Positions 55,696 through 64,000 of a stretch of 64,000 nt of DNA are shown here, in pieces; position 1 is the stretch's first letter, and every line of letters starts with the position of its first letter. Source of the DNA: Candidatus Altiarchaeota archaeon (GTDB lineage: Archaea > Altiarchaeota > Altiarchaeia > IMC4 > SCGC-AAA252-I15); contig JBFYKH010000008.1 in NCBI GenBank assembly GCA_041306075.1, positions 11,482 to 75,481 on the forward strand, given 5' to 3'. A model generated the notes under the pieces. That model ran no database searches. It was not told the origin of the DNA and worked only from the letters and a program-made list of their open reading frames with translations. The position numbers were made by a program, and so were the translations under genes.

Positions 55696-56427
55696 ATGGC
55701 CTCGGACAGATGCCAGACGGGCATAAAGGGATTCGACGAACTTGTTGGCGGCGGCCTTCCGAGGGGGAGGACGATACTGGTGAACGGCTCGTGCGGCACC
55801 GGCAAGACCGTGTTCTCGACGCAGTTCCTCTACAACGGGGCGGTGCATTACGGCGAGCCCGGGATATACGTCATGCTGGAGCAGGACGTCTGCGAGTTCA
55901 AGGACGACATGGCGGGCTTCGGCCTCAACCTGCAGAAGCTGCAGTCCGAGGGGAAGCTGGTCATAATCAACGCCAGCCTGACGAAGAGGGAGGGGGGGAA
56001 CTTCCTGGAGCTCAAGTCCGAGACGCACGACATAAGCCCGGACATGGCCTCCGTCAACAAGATTTGCGACGTGATACAGGAGGCGGCGACGAAGATAAAG
56101 GCCAAGAGGGCGGTAATAGACAGCCTCAGCTCGATGACGATAACCTTCGACGACACGCAGGCCTTGAGGAGGGTCGTCCTGGACCTGAACTACACGCTGA
56201 AGAAGATGGGCTTAACCACCCTCATCATATCCGACGAGATAGCCGGCGACGTGACCGAAGCCGCCCAGAAATACGTGGTCGACGGGGTCCTGACGCTCAG
56301 GTATGTGACGGTCGGGCCCGACCCGGGCAGGACGCTGGTGATAGACAAGATGCGCAAGACCCGCCACAGCGAGAACATACACGCCTTGAAGTTCACAAAG
56401 GATGGCATTGAGATTCAGAAGGAGTAA
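55696..56427 (+). CDS. Single-domain KaiC/RadA-like (RecA-superfamily) ATPase
   Basis: GIKGFDELVGGGLPRGRTILVNGSCGTGKTVFSTQFLYNG (Walker A), Walker B LVIIDSLSS. ~240 aa, as in ArlH/KaiC-like archaeal ATPases. Confidence 0.85.
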   Translation: MASDRCQTGIKGFDELVGGGLPRGRTILVNGSCGTGKTVFSTQFLYNGAVHYGEPGIYVMLEQDVCEFKDDMAGFGLNLQKLQSEGKLVIINASLTKREGGNFLELKSETHDISPDMASVNKICDVIQEAATKIKAKRAVIDSLSSMTITFDDTQALRRVVLDLNYTLKKMGLTTLIISDEIAGDVTEAAQKYVVDGVLTLRYVTVGPDPGRTLVIDKMRKTRHSENIHALKFTKDGIEIQKE

Positions 56428-56431
56428 TGTG

Positions 56432-57991
56432 ATGAAGGGCACCCCCTACCTCTTGTTCCTGGCCTTGGCGCTCGCGGCCCTGCCGTCCGCCTCGGCGCAG
56501 GTCGAGCAGGCGCCGAGGATGGAGCCGCTCGCGCTCTACGAGCCGCCAGAGGCGCAGGACGAGTACGCCGGGGACGTGGGGAGGGCGATAACCCGGTACT
56601 TCTGCCAGGGCGTGGGGGACGGCGGCCGCTGCAGGATACAGGAGGCCTGGGACAGCCGCCTCCAGGGAGTGTGCTGCTTCGGCTCATGCTGGTTCGGCGC
56701 CGCGAAATGCGTCCAGGGCACGCAGCCGAAACCCCAATACGACCTCTACGGCATGTTCCAGAAGTTCGCGTGCAACGGCGTCCAGGAGGGCCTGGACTGC
56801 ATGATACCAGATAAGCTTTCCGCGGAGGTGGGCTACAAGCTCTCCGGGAAATGCTGCCGCGGCCGCTGCATGCTCGGCTCCACCGGCTGCGGGGGCATAT
56901 GCGGGGACGGCTTATGCACCGACCAGGAGAGGGCCGGTGGAAACTGCCACGACGACTGCGGAAGCTCCTGCGGCGACGGCTACTGCACCGACCGGGAGCG
57001 GAAGGACGGGAACTGCATGGAGGACTGCGGCGGCTCAAGGCCGCCGGAAGCGGGCGGAGCCGACTTCGAGGGCAGGCTCAAGGAGATGGAGGCGCTCGCC
57101 TGCCTCGGGGTCGCGGACGGCAGGGCGTGCAACCTCCCCAAGGACCTTCAAACCACCTTCGGGCTAAGCGGAGTCTGCTGCGGAGGAAGATGCGCGTACA
57201 GGAGGACCATTTGCGAAAAAAAACCCGTGGCCGCGAAGCCGGACCTGGCCGTGTCAGCCATCAGGGTGAGCCCGAAAGTCCACGGAGTCGATGAGCCGGT
57301 CAACGTGACCGTGGACGTCAAGAACATCGGGGACGGCCCGGCGAACGCCAGCTTCTGGGTGAGGCTGAGGGTCGAGGACCGCTCAGGAAGGGATTTGGCC
57401 GACTACGACGTGGAGGTCAACGGCCCGATGGCCCCGGAAGCCTCGGCCGAGGCGGCGTTCCATGACGTGTCATGCCCCGCCGACGCGAACCCGTGCATAC
57501 TGAAGGCCGACGTGGACGAAGGCAGCGGCCTCATGCCCGCCAGGATGGACCGGGTGGACGAATCCAGGGAGGACAACAACTTCGCAGCTGTCGGCTTCAA
57601 CGCCAGGGAGAAGCCGTGGGAACCCCCATGCGGCGACGGAGTATGCTCCGAGGGGGAGAAGTGCGACGCCGACTGCAGGCGCGAAACCCCGGCGGACAAC
57701 ACGCAGGCCATCGCCTTCGCCGCCCTGGCCGTTGGGGCGCTCGCCCTCGCCGCGTACCTCGTCACGAGGAGGAGGGGCCCTAAACCCGAACCAGCGAAGC
57801 CCTCCCAGGGCCAGTCCGTGGAGGATTTGACGAGGCAGAAGGAGGAGATAGAGAAGATGCTCGAAATCGCGAAGGCGAAGTACCACCGGCGCGAGCTAGA
57901 CGAGGAGAGCTTCAGGGAGATAGTCAGGGACAACCAGAAGAGGATAATAGAGCTCGAACTCAAGATAAGGGTCAACAGGCCCTTCGACTAG
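56432..57991 (+). CDS. Cys-rich modular surface protein: signal peptide, three ~40-aa six-Cys modules, two CGDGxCTxxER-x4-NC-x2-DCG repeats, CARDB-like Ig domain, TM anchor, cytoplasmic coiled-coil tail
   Basis: Modules ...CQGVGDGGRCRI...GVCCFGSCWFGAAKC / CNGVQEGLDCMI...GKCCRGRCMLGSTGC / CLGVADGRACNL...GVCCGGRCAYRRTIC. Repeats ICGDGLCTDQERAGGNCHDDCGSSCGDGYCTDRERKDGNCMEDCG. CARDB-like PDLAVSAIRVSP...VNVTVDVKNIGDG. TM AIAFAALAVGALALAAYLV. Confidence 0.7.
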   Translation: MKGTPYLLFLALALAALPSASAQVEQAPRMEPLALYEPPEAQDEYAGDVGRAITRYFCQGVGDGGRCRIQEAWDSRLQGVCCFGSCWFGAAKCVQGTQPKPQYDLYGMFQKFACNGVQEGLDCMIPDKLSAEVGYKLSGKCCRGRCMLGSTGCGGICGDGLCTDQERAGGNCHDDCGSSCGDGYCTDRERKDGNCMEDCGGSRPPEAGGADFEGRLKEMEALACLGVADGRACNLPKDLQTTFGLSGVCCGGRCAYRRTICEKKPVAAKPDLAVSAIRVSPKVHGVDEPVNVTVDVKNIGDGPANASFWVRLRVEDRSGRDLADYDVEVNGPMAPEASAEAAFHDVSCPADANPCILKADVDEGSGLMPARMDRVDESREDNNFAAVGFNAREKPWEPPCGDGVCSEGEKCDADCRRETPADNTQAIAFAALAVGALALAAYLVTRRRGPKPEPAKPSQGQSVEDLTRQKEEIEKMLEIAKAKYHRRELDEESFREIVRDNQKRIIELELKIRVNRPFD

Positions 57992-59019
57992 GCGTGGCTA
58001 ACCAGCTTGGCCGAGCCCCCCTGTCCGCCGCCCCACCAGCGCACGGAGTATCTCCGCCCGTGGAGCGTGAGCGTGCTGGAGCAGGTCATGTCGAAGTCCG
58101 ATGAGAGCGCGGGAGACGATGCGCGAAGCTTCACCCCGCCGGGCGCAAGCCCCACGACCCTGAAGTACGCCCCGTCGGCTGTTACGTTCCTGCCGCCGTC
58201 CACTATGAAAGCCGACGCCCCCGGGTAGACCACGACGTCCCGGGAACAGTACCTGTCCCCCCCGTGGCGGCCGTAGTCGGCGGAGTCGTCCAAGAGGTAG
58301 ATGAGGGCGCGCCCCCCTCCCAGTCGCGTGTCGAGGACGCCGTACTCGAGCGTCCTCCAGTAACCTATGCCGCCTTCGGGGACGTCGACGAGGACAGTCT
58401 CGTTGCCCCTCGTCAGCCGCAGCTTGACCTTCCCGGAAAGGAGGTTGTCCAGGCTGACGTTGTATCCCGCGTACGTCCTCGTCGACAGCCCGCCGCCTAT
58501 CGTCAGCGGCCTGCCGCCCTGCGGCGTCTTCTCCCTGACCTCCGCGTTCTCCACCAAAGCCAGCGTCAGGTCGCCCCCCTCCCCGGTTATGGACGCCTCG
58601 ACCCCGTCGATGAGCGCCCGGTGGGAGACCTCAAGCCGGTCCCAGTAGCCTTCGGACGTGTTGTATTCAAGCTCGTAGACTGGCCTGCCATCTGACTCCT
58701 CCACGCCTGTCAGGTAGAACGTCATCCCCCCCGCCCGCAGGTAGACGCGCTGCTTCAGGGGCAGCCTCATGGTGGTGGTAGTGGACGTAGACGACGTCGT
58801 GGACTCGATTATCCTGGCGGCCTTGAGGGTCGTCGAAGTCGTCGGCGGACCCCTCAGGGGGTTTATGGGGACGTACCTGTGGGTGGACGTCGTGGGGCCT
58901 TTGGTGGTGGACGTCATCTCCTTTGCGGACACCTTCTCGTCCTCGGGCACTCCCGGCGGCTGAATAAGGCATCCCGACAGCACCAGCATGAGGGTCACGC
59001 ACGCGACAGGAAGCCTCAT
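57988..59019 (-). CDS. Secreted lipoprotein-like hypothetical protein with Thr/Ser-rich linker
   Basis: Signal + lipobox-like MRLPVACVTLMLVLSGC, T/S-rich stretches (TSTTKGPTTST, TTSSTSTTTT), beta-rich remainder. Confidence 0.5.
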   Translation of the reverse strand: MRLPVACVTLMLVLSGCLIQPPGVPEDEKVSAKEMTSTTKGPTTSTHRYVPINPLRGPPTTSTTLKAARIIESTTSSTSTTTTMRLPLKQRVYLRAGGMTFYLTGVEESDGRPVYELEYNTSEGYWDRLEVSHRALIDGVEASITGEGGDLTLALVENAEVREKTPQGGRPLTIGGGLSTRTYAGYNVSLDNLLSGKVKLRLTRGNETVLVDVPEGGIGYWRTLEYGVLDTRLGGGRALIYLLDDSADYGRHGGDRYCSRDVVVYPGASAFIVDGGRNVTADGAYFRVVGLAPGGVKLRASSPALSSDFDMTCSSTLTLHGRRYSVRWWGGGQGGSAKLVSHA

Positions 59020-59050
59020 GGTAATGAATCGCAGTACAAGGAAAAAAAGC

Positions 59051-60445
59051 CTACGCCTTGCCCATGAACCTGCGGAACATCGGACTCATGTCGGCCATCT
59101 CCTCCTTCCGTATGTCCTCGTACAGGCGGTATATGATCCCGACCGTCAGGAGTATGCCGGTGCCAGAGCCGAGCGCCCCCATGAGGTCGGCGACGGTGGC
59201 GAGCAGTCCGACTGCGACGCTGGATATGATGGTGAGCTGCGGGATGTACTTGTCCAGCACGTTCTTGATTATCCTCGAATCCGGCCTGAACCCCGGGACC
59301 TGCATGCCGCCCTCGTGTATCTGCTTCGCCATGCTCTCGCTGTCCAGGTTAGTCGTCTGGACCCAGAACTGGCCGAAGAGGACGCAAAGGCCGCAGAAGA
59401 CGATGGAGTATACGACGAGGTGCAGGAGTATCATGGGGTCGAGCAGTATGTACAAATTGTCCGGCTGCAGGACGCCGTATAGGTTGCCGAGGGTGATGTA
59501 CTGGGAGACCGTGTAGATTATCTCCTGGAAGAACGTCATGTTGTCCGGCCTCGCGCCGCTTACCGTGTCCACGCCTGCGAACCCGGTCCACATGCTCACG
59601 TTCATCAGGAGGGCCGACGCTAGTATCACCGGGATGTTGCTGACGTAGAAGAACCTGAGGGGTATCCTCCCCCCGATGCCGCGTATGCTTCCGTAAGAGA
59701 GCGGAATCTCAATCCGCATGGCCTCGAAGTAGACGACGGCCAGGAATACGATGACTGTGGCGAAGAGGGGCGCCAGTATTATGAGGTTCATCGTCCCTGA
59801 CGTCATCTGCGCCAGGAAGTTGATTATGTACCCGGAATACGCCAGGCCCCCGGTCCCCTTCAGCGGGTTGAGCGAGCCCGTGATTATCGTCTGGGCGACG
59901 CCGCCCGCTATGAACAGCGATATCCCCGACCCTATCCCCCACTTGGACACCACCTCGTCCATGTACATGAGGAGTATGGAACCCATCGCAATCTGGAATA
60001 TGGTGAACGCTATGAGGCCCGGGGTGTCCACCATGTTCGTCGCCATGACGAGCGCGCCTGCCTCGAAGAACGCTATTATAACGGTGAGTATCTTCTGCGT
60101 CCCCTGGAAGAGGGCCTTCCCCTCCCGGGTCTTGATGTTGATTTTTATCATCTCCGCGCCGACTAGGAGCTGGAGTATGATGGAGGCCGTGACGATGGGG
60201 CCGATACCCACGGACGTGAGCGAGCCTATCGTCGACGCGAATATCATCGTCATCTGCTCGAAGCCGCGTATGTGCTCCTCCAGGTTCTCGACGGTGACAC
60301 CGTACGGGTAGACGGTGCCCATTATGAAGAACAAAGCCAGGACCACGGACGTCCAGGTGAACTTCTCCCTGAACGGAACCTTGCGGGATGGAATCTTGAC
60401 TTCCGGGAGGTACTTCAGCAGGGGCCGAATGAACTCCAAATCCAT
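59051..60445 (-). CDS. secY: Preprotein translocase subunit SecY
   Basis: 10-TM SecY/Sec61alpha pattern. Position at the end of the spc ribosomal operon. Confidence 0.9.
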   Translation of the reverse strand: MDLEFIRPLLKYLPEVKIPSRKVPFREKFTWTSVVLALFFIMGTVYPYGVTVENLEEHIRGFEQMTMIFASTIGSLTSVGIGPIVTASIILQLLVGAEMIKINIKTREGKALFQGTQKILTVIIAFFEAGALVMATNMVDTPGLIAFTIFQIAMGSILLMYMDEVVSKWGIGSGISLFIAGGVAQTIITGSLNPLKGTGGLAYSGYIINFLAQMTSGTMNLIILAPLFATVIVFLAVVYFEAMRIEIPLSYGSIRGIGGRIPLRFFYVSNIPVILASALLMNVSMWTGFAGVDTVSGARPDNMTFFQEIIYTVSQYITLGNLYGVLQPDNLYILLDPMILLHLVVYSIVFCGLCVLFGQFWVQTTNLDSESMAKQIHEGGMQVPGFRPDSRIIKNVLDKYIPQLTIISSVAVGLLATVADLMGALGSGTGILLTVGIIYRLYEDIRKEEMADMSPMFRRFMGKA

Positions 60446-60448
60446 CCT

Positions 60449-60913
60449 TTAATCACCGAGCTCTTCGGGCTCCCCCTCGCCTCCGGACTCGACGCTTCCG
60501 CCCTTCGCCTCGACCTTCGCCTTGGCGGAAGCCGAACACCCGGCCACCCTTATCTTAAGCTTGACTTCGACCGAGCCTGCGCCGAGAAGCTTCGTGTACC
60601 CGGCCTTGCCGAGGTCTATCTCGTACGCGTCGCCGGACTTCTTGGCCGCACCCTCCGCCACCAGGTCCGCGAGGTGCCTGCCGAGGTAGCCGACGTTCAT
60701 GGTGACATCTTCCTTGTCTGCGCTGTGCCTCTTGAAGCCCTTCCCGCCGAAGTAGTCCGGAAAGTACTTTGATATGTAATGCCACTTGTGCTTCTTGCTC
60801 CCGGCCATCCCGTGGCCGCCGCGGCTGCCCGCGCCCCTGTGCTTCTGTGTGTTGCCCCAGCCGTGCATCCTCGAGCCGCGCATCCTCTTGACCCTGCGGT
60901 CTCTGGTGGCCAT
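60449..60913 (-). CDS. rpl15: 50S ribosomal protein uL15
   Basis: MATRDRRVKRMRGSRMHGWGNTQKHRGAGSRGGHGMAG. Confidence 0.9.
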   Translation of the reverse strand: MATRDRRVKRMRGSRMHGWGNTQKHRGAGSRGGHGMAGSKKHKWHYISKYFPDYFGGKGFKRHSADKEDVTMNVGYLGRHLADLVAEGAAKKSGDAYEIDLGKAGYTKLLGAGSVEVKLKIRVAGCSASAKAKVEAKGGSVESGGEGEPEELGD

Positions 60914-61389
60914 CAGATCATCCTCTCCAGGAGCAGGCCCATCTTGTCGGCCCTGTCGCCTATCGCCCCGCCCATCTTGTACGGGACCTTTATGCCCTCG
61001 CGCTCGAAGCCCTTCTTCGGCGGATTAAGCCGGAAGTAGTGCTTGATGCCCTTCACGTCCTTGAGCCTGGCCTCGCCCCTGGCGACGGCCTGTGCGAACG
61101 AGTCTATGTCCTTGAACTTGCTGTGCTCCTTAACGTAAGAGTCCGTGATTTTCCTGTCGCCGGTGACCCTGCCGCGCTCCCTTATGAGCCTGGCCACGGT
61201 CTTCTCGTCGACCGTCCCCCAGGTTATGTAGTCCTTTGCCTTGAATATCATCCTCTTCGACTGGACGTCCTCAGGCAGCAGCGTGCAGTGGTTCTTCCTA
61301 GTGAGCCCCATGACCCGCATGGCATAGGTCGTGTAGTCCTTGACGTGCATCCTGCCGCGGACCCTCAGTAGCGCGTATGCCCCGGTCAT
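60913..61389 (-). CDS. rpl30: 50S ribosomal protein uL30 (archaeal L30/L7e type)
   Basis: ALLRVRGRMHVKDYTTYAMRVMGLTRKNHCTLLP... ~155 aa archaeal uL30. Confidence 0.9.
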   Translation of the reverse strand: MTGAYALLRVRGRMHVKDYTTYAMRVMGLTRKNHCTLLPEDVQSKRMIFKAKDYITWGTVDEKTVARLIRERGRVTGDRKITDSYVKEHSKFKDIDSFAQAVARGEARLKDVKGIKHYFRLNPPKKGFEREGIKVPYKMGGAIGDRADKMGLLLERMI

Positions 61390-62369
61390 TCCTTCACCTC
61401 TTCAGGCTTCGGTTCCGGCTGCTTGTTGGACCCAGTGACTATCTTCAGCTTCCCGGCCTCGCCATCCTTGAGCTTCACGTAGTTCGTGTTCTCTAGGGCG
61501 TTCAGGACCGCGTGCGCGAAGTTTATCCCCGTCCTGGTGTGGCCTTCGGTCATCACCCAGACGTCCTTTATGCCGGCCAGAAGGAGGATGGTCTTGGCCA
61601 CGGAGCCGCTGACTATCCCGACGCCCCTCGGCGCCGGCATCAGCGTAACCTGGACGCTGCCAGAACTCCCCTGTATCTTGAACGGCACCGTGTGCGGCGT
61701 CCCGCAGCCGCACTCCCAGCTTCCGCATCCGCGCTTTATCTCGACTATGTTCATCTTCGCGCGCTCAATGCTCTTGCGAATAGTCGGGCCTGCTTCCTTG
61801 CCCTTCGCCTCGCCGATGCCCACGTATCCGTCGTTGTTGCCTACCGCGGCGACGACCCGGAACCTCATCCTCCTGCCCGAGTCGGTGACCCTCTGCACCC
61901 TCCCGACCGCAAGAACCTCCTCCTGCATGCCCGGCAAGAGCTTGTCGACTAGCCCGACCTCCTTTATCGGGATGGACTGGAGCATTATCTCGTGCATTGA
62001 GGCTATCTCGCCGCTGTGGACCTTCCTTCCGAGGTCGGTCTTCGGCACCCAGACGGCCTCGACGTAATCCTCGTCGTAGCCTCCGCGACGCTTCTCCCGG
62101 ACGCCCTCCTTCTTAAGCTTCTCAAGGACTTCCTGGGCGTTCTCGGCCTCGTCGACAATGACCGCCGGAGCCTCCGGCATTATCTCATCCTCGGTCTTCG
62201 CCTCTACCTCGACCTCATCGGCTGCGGGCGCCGCCGCCACCAGAGTGGCCGCAGTGGCCGCCGAATCCTCCTTGACGGCCTTGGCCTTCGCGCCTTTGCC
62301 AGGCTTAGCCTCCTTCGCCGCATCCTTCACCGAATCCGAGGTCTTCTCTTCAGCTGCCATGATAATCAC
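61386..62369 (-). CDS. rps5: 30S ribosomal protein uS5 with a ~90-aa Lys/Ala/Glu-rich N-terminal extension
   Basis: Conserved core EAVWVPKTDLGRKVHSGEI...VVAAVGNNDGYVGIGEAKGKE...GTGIVSGSVAKTILLLAGIKDVW. The GTG at 62369 overlaps the uL18 stop; an alternative ATG lies at 62360. Confidence 0.85.
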   Translation of the reverse strand: MIIMAAEEKTSDSVKDAAKEAKPGKGAKAKAVKEDSAATAATLVAAAPAADEVEVEAKTEDEIMPEAPAVIVDEAENAQEVLEKLKKEGVREKRRGGYDEDYVEAVWVPKTDLGRKVHSGEIASMHEIMLQSIPIKEVGLVDKLLPGMQEEVLAVGRVQRVTDSGRRMRFRVVAAVGNNDGYVGIGEAKGKEAGPTIRKSIERAKMNIVEIKRGCGSWECGCGTPHTVPFKIQGSSGSVQVTLMPAPRGVGIVSGSVAKTILLLAGIKDVWVMTEGHTRTGINFAHAVLNALENTNYVKLKDGEAGKLKIVTGSNKQPEPKPEEVKE

Positions 62370-62887
62370 TTAGACTTGAGCACTGCCTCCTTCACCTTCG
62401 AGAAGTCGGCCTCCATGCCCTTTGAACCCTCCCTGTAGGAGGCGATAACCTTTCCGGTTAGCCTGTCCTCCGACGGAAACACGGACGCGTCCGCCTCGGA
62501 GACGACTTTGGCGTCTTTCAGGCCCTTGAGGGTCGCGTATATCCTCGAGCCCTTCGTCACAGGATACAATCCCGTATCGAGTATAGCCGACTCCACGTTC
62601 GCCTTCCTGCCCCTGACGCCGCACAAAAGCCCCGTCAGGTAGGCCGCCGGCGTGTTGGACGTAGCGTGCTTCCATCCGTATTCGGCCAGTTCCGCGGAAT
62701 TCGCGGCCGCCACGACCTTGTCCCCGTCCTCGGAGTATGCCACAAGCTGCGCCACCACGTGCCGGTTAGACGTCCTCACCACGAACCTGGTGATGCCGGA
62801 CTTCAGCAGATTAAGCCGCCTCTTGTAGTCGGTCCTCTGCTCACGCTTCCTCCTGAAGTCCACGCTGTAGGTGGCGCCTGTTGCCAT
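62366..62887 (-). CDS. rpl18: 50S ribosomal protein uL18
   Basis: FRRKREQRTDYKRRLNLLKSG...RLVVRTSNRHVVAQLV. Confidence 0.9.
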   Translation of the reverse strand: MATGATYSVDFRRKREQRTDYKRRLNLLKSGITRFVVRTSNRHVVAQLVAYSEDGDKVVAAANSAELAEYGWKHATSNTPAAYLTGLLCGVRGRKANVESAILDTGLYPVTKGSRIYATLKGLKDAKVVSEADASVFPSEDRLTGKVIASYREGSKGMEADFSKVKEAVLKSK

Positions 62888-63328
62888 TTAAACCCTCATC
62901 CTCCCTATCTGCTCGCGCAGATGCCTCCTGCTTAGGAACATGTTACCCTTCGCCTGGCGGTAGAGCTTCCGGTACTCGGTCGGGGTTATCTCCTTCTTTT
63001 CCCGCATCATCCTCAGCTCGTCCCTGATGGCGCGTATCTTGTTGACCCACTTCCGCTTCCCGGGGGTCCTCGCCTTCGAGCGGCCTTCGCGCTTGCCCAT
63101 GCCGCGGTGCCTGCCCTTCAGCTTGGCCTTCTTCCTCGACCTCGCCCTCCCCCGGCTTATGCCGGACTTGGGCTTCACGGTTATGGCACCGGACTTCAGG
63201 AGCCCGCGGATGTCGTCCTTGGTGAGCGCGCCGGAAACGTCCTCAAGCCGCTCCGGGTTGAACCTTATCCTCGTCTTCCCTGCGCCGGTGACCGCCGAAG
63301 CCAGCCGCCTGTGACTCGTAAGGTTCAT
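62888..63328 (-). CDS. rpl19e: 50S ribosomal protein eL19
   Basis: MNLTSHRRLASAVTGAGKTRIRFNPERLEDVSGALTKDDIRGLLKSGAI... Confidence 0.9.
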   Translation of the reverse strand: MNLTSHRRLASAVTGAGKTRIRFNPERLEDVSGALTKDDIRGLLKSGAITVKPKSGISRGRARSRKKAKLKGRHRGMGKREGRSKARTPGKRKWVNKIRAIRDELRMMREKKEITPTEYRKLYRQAKGNMFLSRRHLREQIGRMRV

Positions 63329-63993
63329 GCCTCGCCCCTCCTCGGATTGAGTACCGTTATCTTAAGCCTGTTGGCCTCCTCGATTATCAGGTTCCTCTTC
63401 CTGCGGCCCACCGACTTCGCGATTACCGCCGCCTCCCTGCCGGGCTTCACGGCCCTGAGGTCGTTGACGTTGAACACGCGGTGCGGCTCGAAACCGAACT
63501 GCAGCCCAGAGTCCCGAGCCGGCTTCTTGTAGCCTATCTCCGGCAGACCGCCCTTGCCGCGCTTGCGCTCGAGCTTCTTGCTGTCTATCCCGGTAGGCCT
63601 CCTCCAGACGTCCTGCAGGCGCTTGTACCTGCCGCCCTCCTGCCGTATGAACCTCGGCTTCCCCTTGTCCGGGACGGAAACCCCCTTTTTCGGGAGATAC
63701 GCTATTTTCGCGACCTCGATTATCCTCTTCGGCTTCAGCTCCTTCTTCGGGGGAGCGGCCTCCGCCGGCTTCGCTCTTGGCTTCGGTTCGGCGGCCTTCG
63801 GCTTCTCCGCCGGCTTCGCCTCCTTCTGAGCCTCCTTCGCGGCCGGCTTCTGCTCTGGCTTCTTGGACTCCTGCTTCTGCTTGACGGGCGCCTTTTCAGA
63901 CGCCTTGCGCTCTTCCTTCTTCGCCGGCTTATGCTCTGCCTTCTTCGCCACGGGCTTCTTCGCCGCCGTCTTCCTAGCCTTTGATTCCGTCAT
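63325..63993 (-). CDS. rpl32e: 50S ribosomal protein eL32 with a ~95-aa Lys/Ala/Pro/Glu-rich N-terminal extension
   Basis: C-terminal core PRFIRQEGGRYKRLQDVWRRPTGIDSKKLERKRGKGGLPEIGYKKPARDSG. N-terminal KKPVAKKAEHKPAKKEERKA... histone-H1-like tail. Confidence 0.85.
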   Translation of the reverse strand: MTESKARKTAAKKPVAKKAEHKPAKKEERKASEKAPVKQKQESKKPEQKPAAKEAQKEAKPAEKPKAAEPKPRAKPAEAAPPKKELKPKRIIEVAKIAYLPKKGVSVPDKGKPRFIRQEGGRYKRLQDVWRRPTGIDSKKLERKRGKGGLPEIGYKKPARDSGLQFGFEPHRVFNVNDLRAVKPGREAAVIAKSVGRRKRNLIIEEANRLKITVLNPRRGEA

Positions 63994-64000
63994 TTTACGA

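Noticed and set aside
1-64000. CRISPR arrays, rRNA genes, IS elements/transposases, integrases
   Set aside because: No regularly spaced direct repeats, no rRNA-like conserved segments, no transposase or integrase-like ORFs or terminal inverted repeats were seen. The segment appears to be core chromosome.

Overview
This is a GC-rich (~60%+) archaeal chromosomal segment that is almost entirely coding. Gene content points to a euryarchaeon-like lineage, but the lineage cannot be determined from this window alone. The supporting genes are GatE, archaeal-type ProRS, Trm1, TrmI, eL19/eL32, the COG1900 homocysteine pathway, AMP phosphorylase and a HycI-type protease.

The right edge carries the conserved 3' end of the archaeal spc ribosomal operon on the minus strand: eL32, eL19, uL18, uS5, uL30, uL15, SecY.

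The left third holds two paralogous envelope cassettes. Each has a MacB-type ABC ATPase, FtsX-like permease(s) and a secreted CARDB-like surface protein with a C-terminal TM anchor. Each sits beside its own winged-helix regulator.

Housekeeping genes:
- gatE, proS, gatC, trmI, trm1
- proA-proC
- thiM, ubiX
- AMP phosphorylase
- a Ca/cation P-type ATPase
- a TrxR / rubrerythrin / ArsR redox cluster
- the COG1900+CBS sulfurtransferase with its NIL-ferredoxin partner (archaeal homocysteine biosynthesis), plus a divergent HTH-CBS regulator
- a truncated HypA next to a HycI-type protease
- a NAD-kinase-like protein, a HAD hydrolase and a NurA-like nuclease

The most unusual region is ~45.2-59.0 kb. 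It carries two huge overlapping minus-strand genes of 2411 and ~1058 aa. Both encode polytopic membrane proteins that share a homologous signal-peptide + ~6-TM N-terminal module, followed by long low-complexity and helical extensions. The larger one contains caspase/CHAT-like His...Cys motifs and an HExxH motif. These genes are divergently paired with a single-domain KaiC/RecA-like ATPase and a Cys-rich modular CARDB surface protein, and are followed by a secreted Thr-rich lipoprotein-like protein. Together this looks like an undescribed membrane/surface machinery locus sitting directly next to secY.

No tRNA, rRNA or CRISPR array was recognised. Many long antisense ORFs in the track are GC-driven artefacts. 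Several start codons were re-placed using homology, gene-overlap logic and TATA-box spacing.
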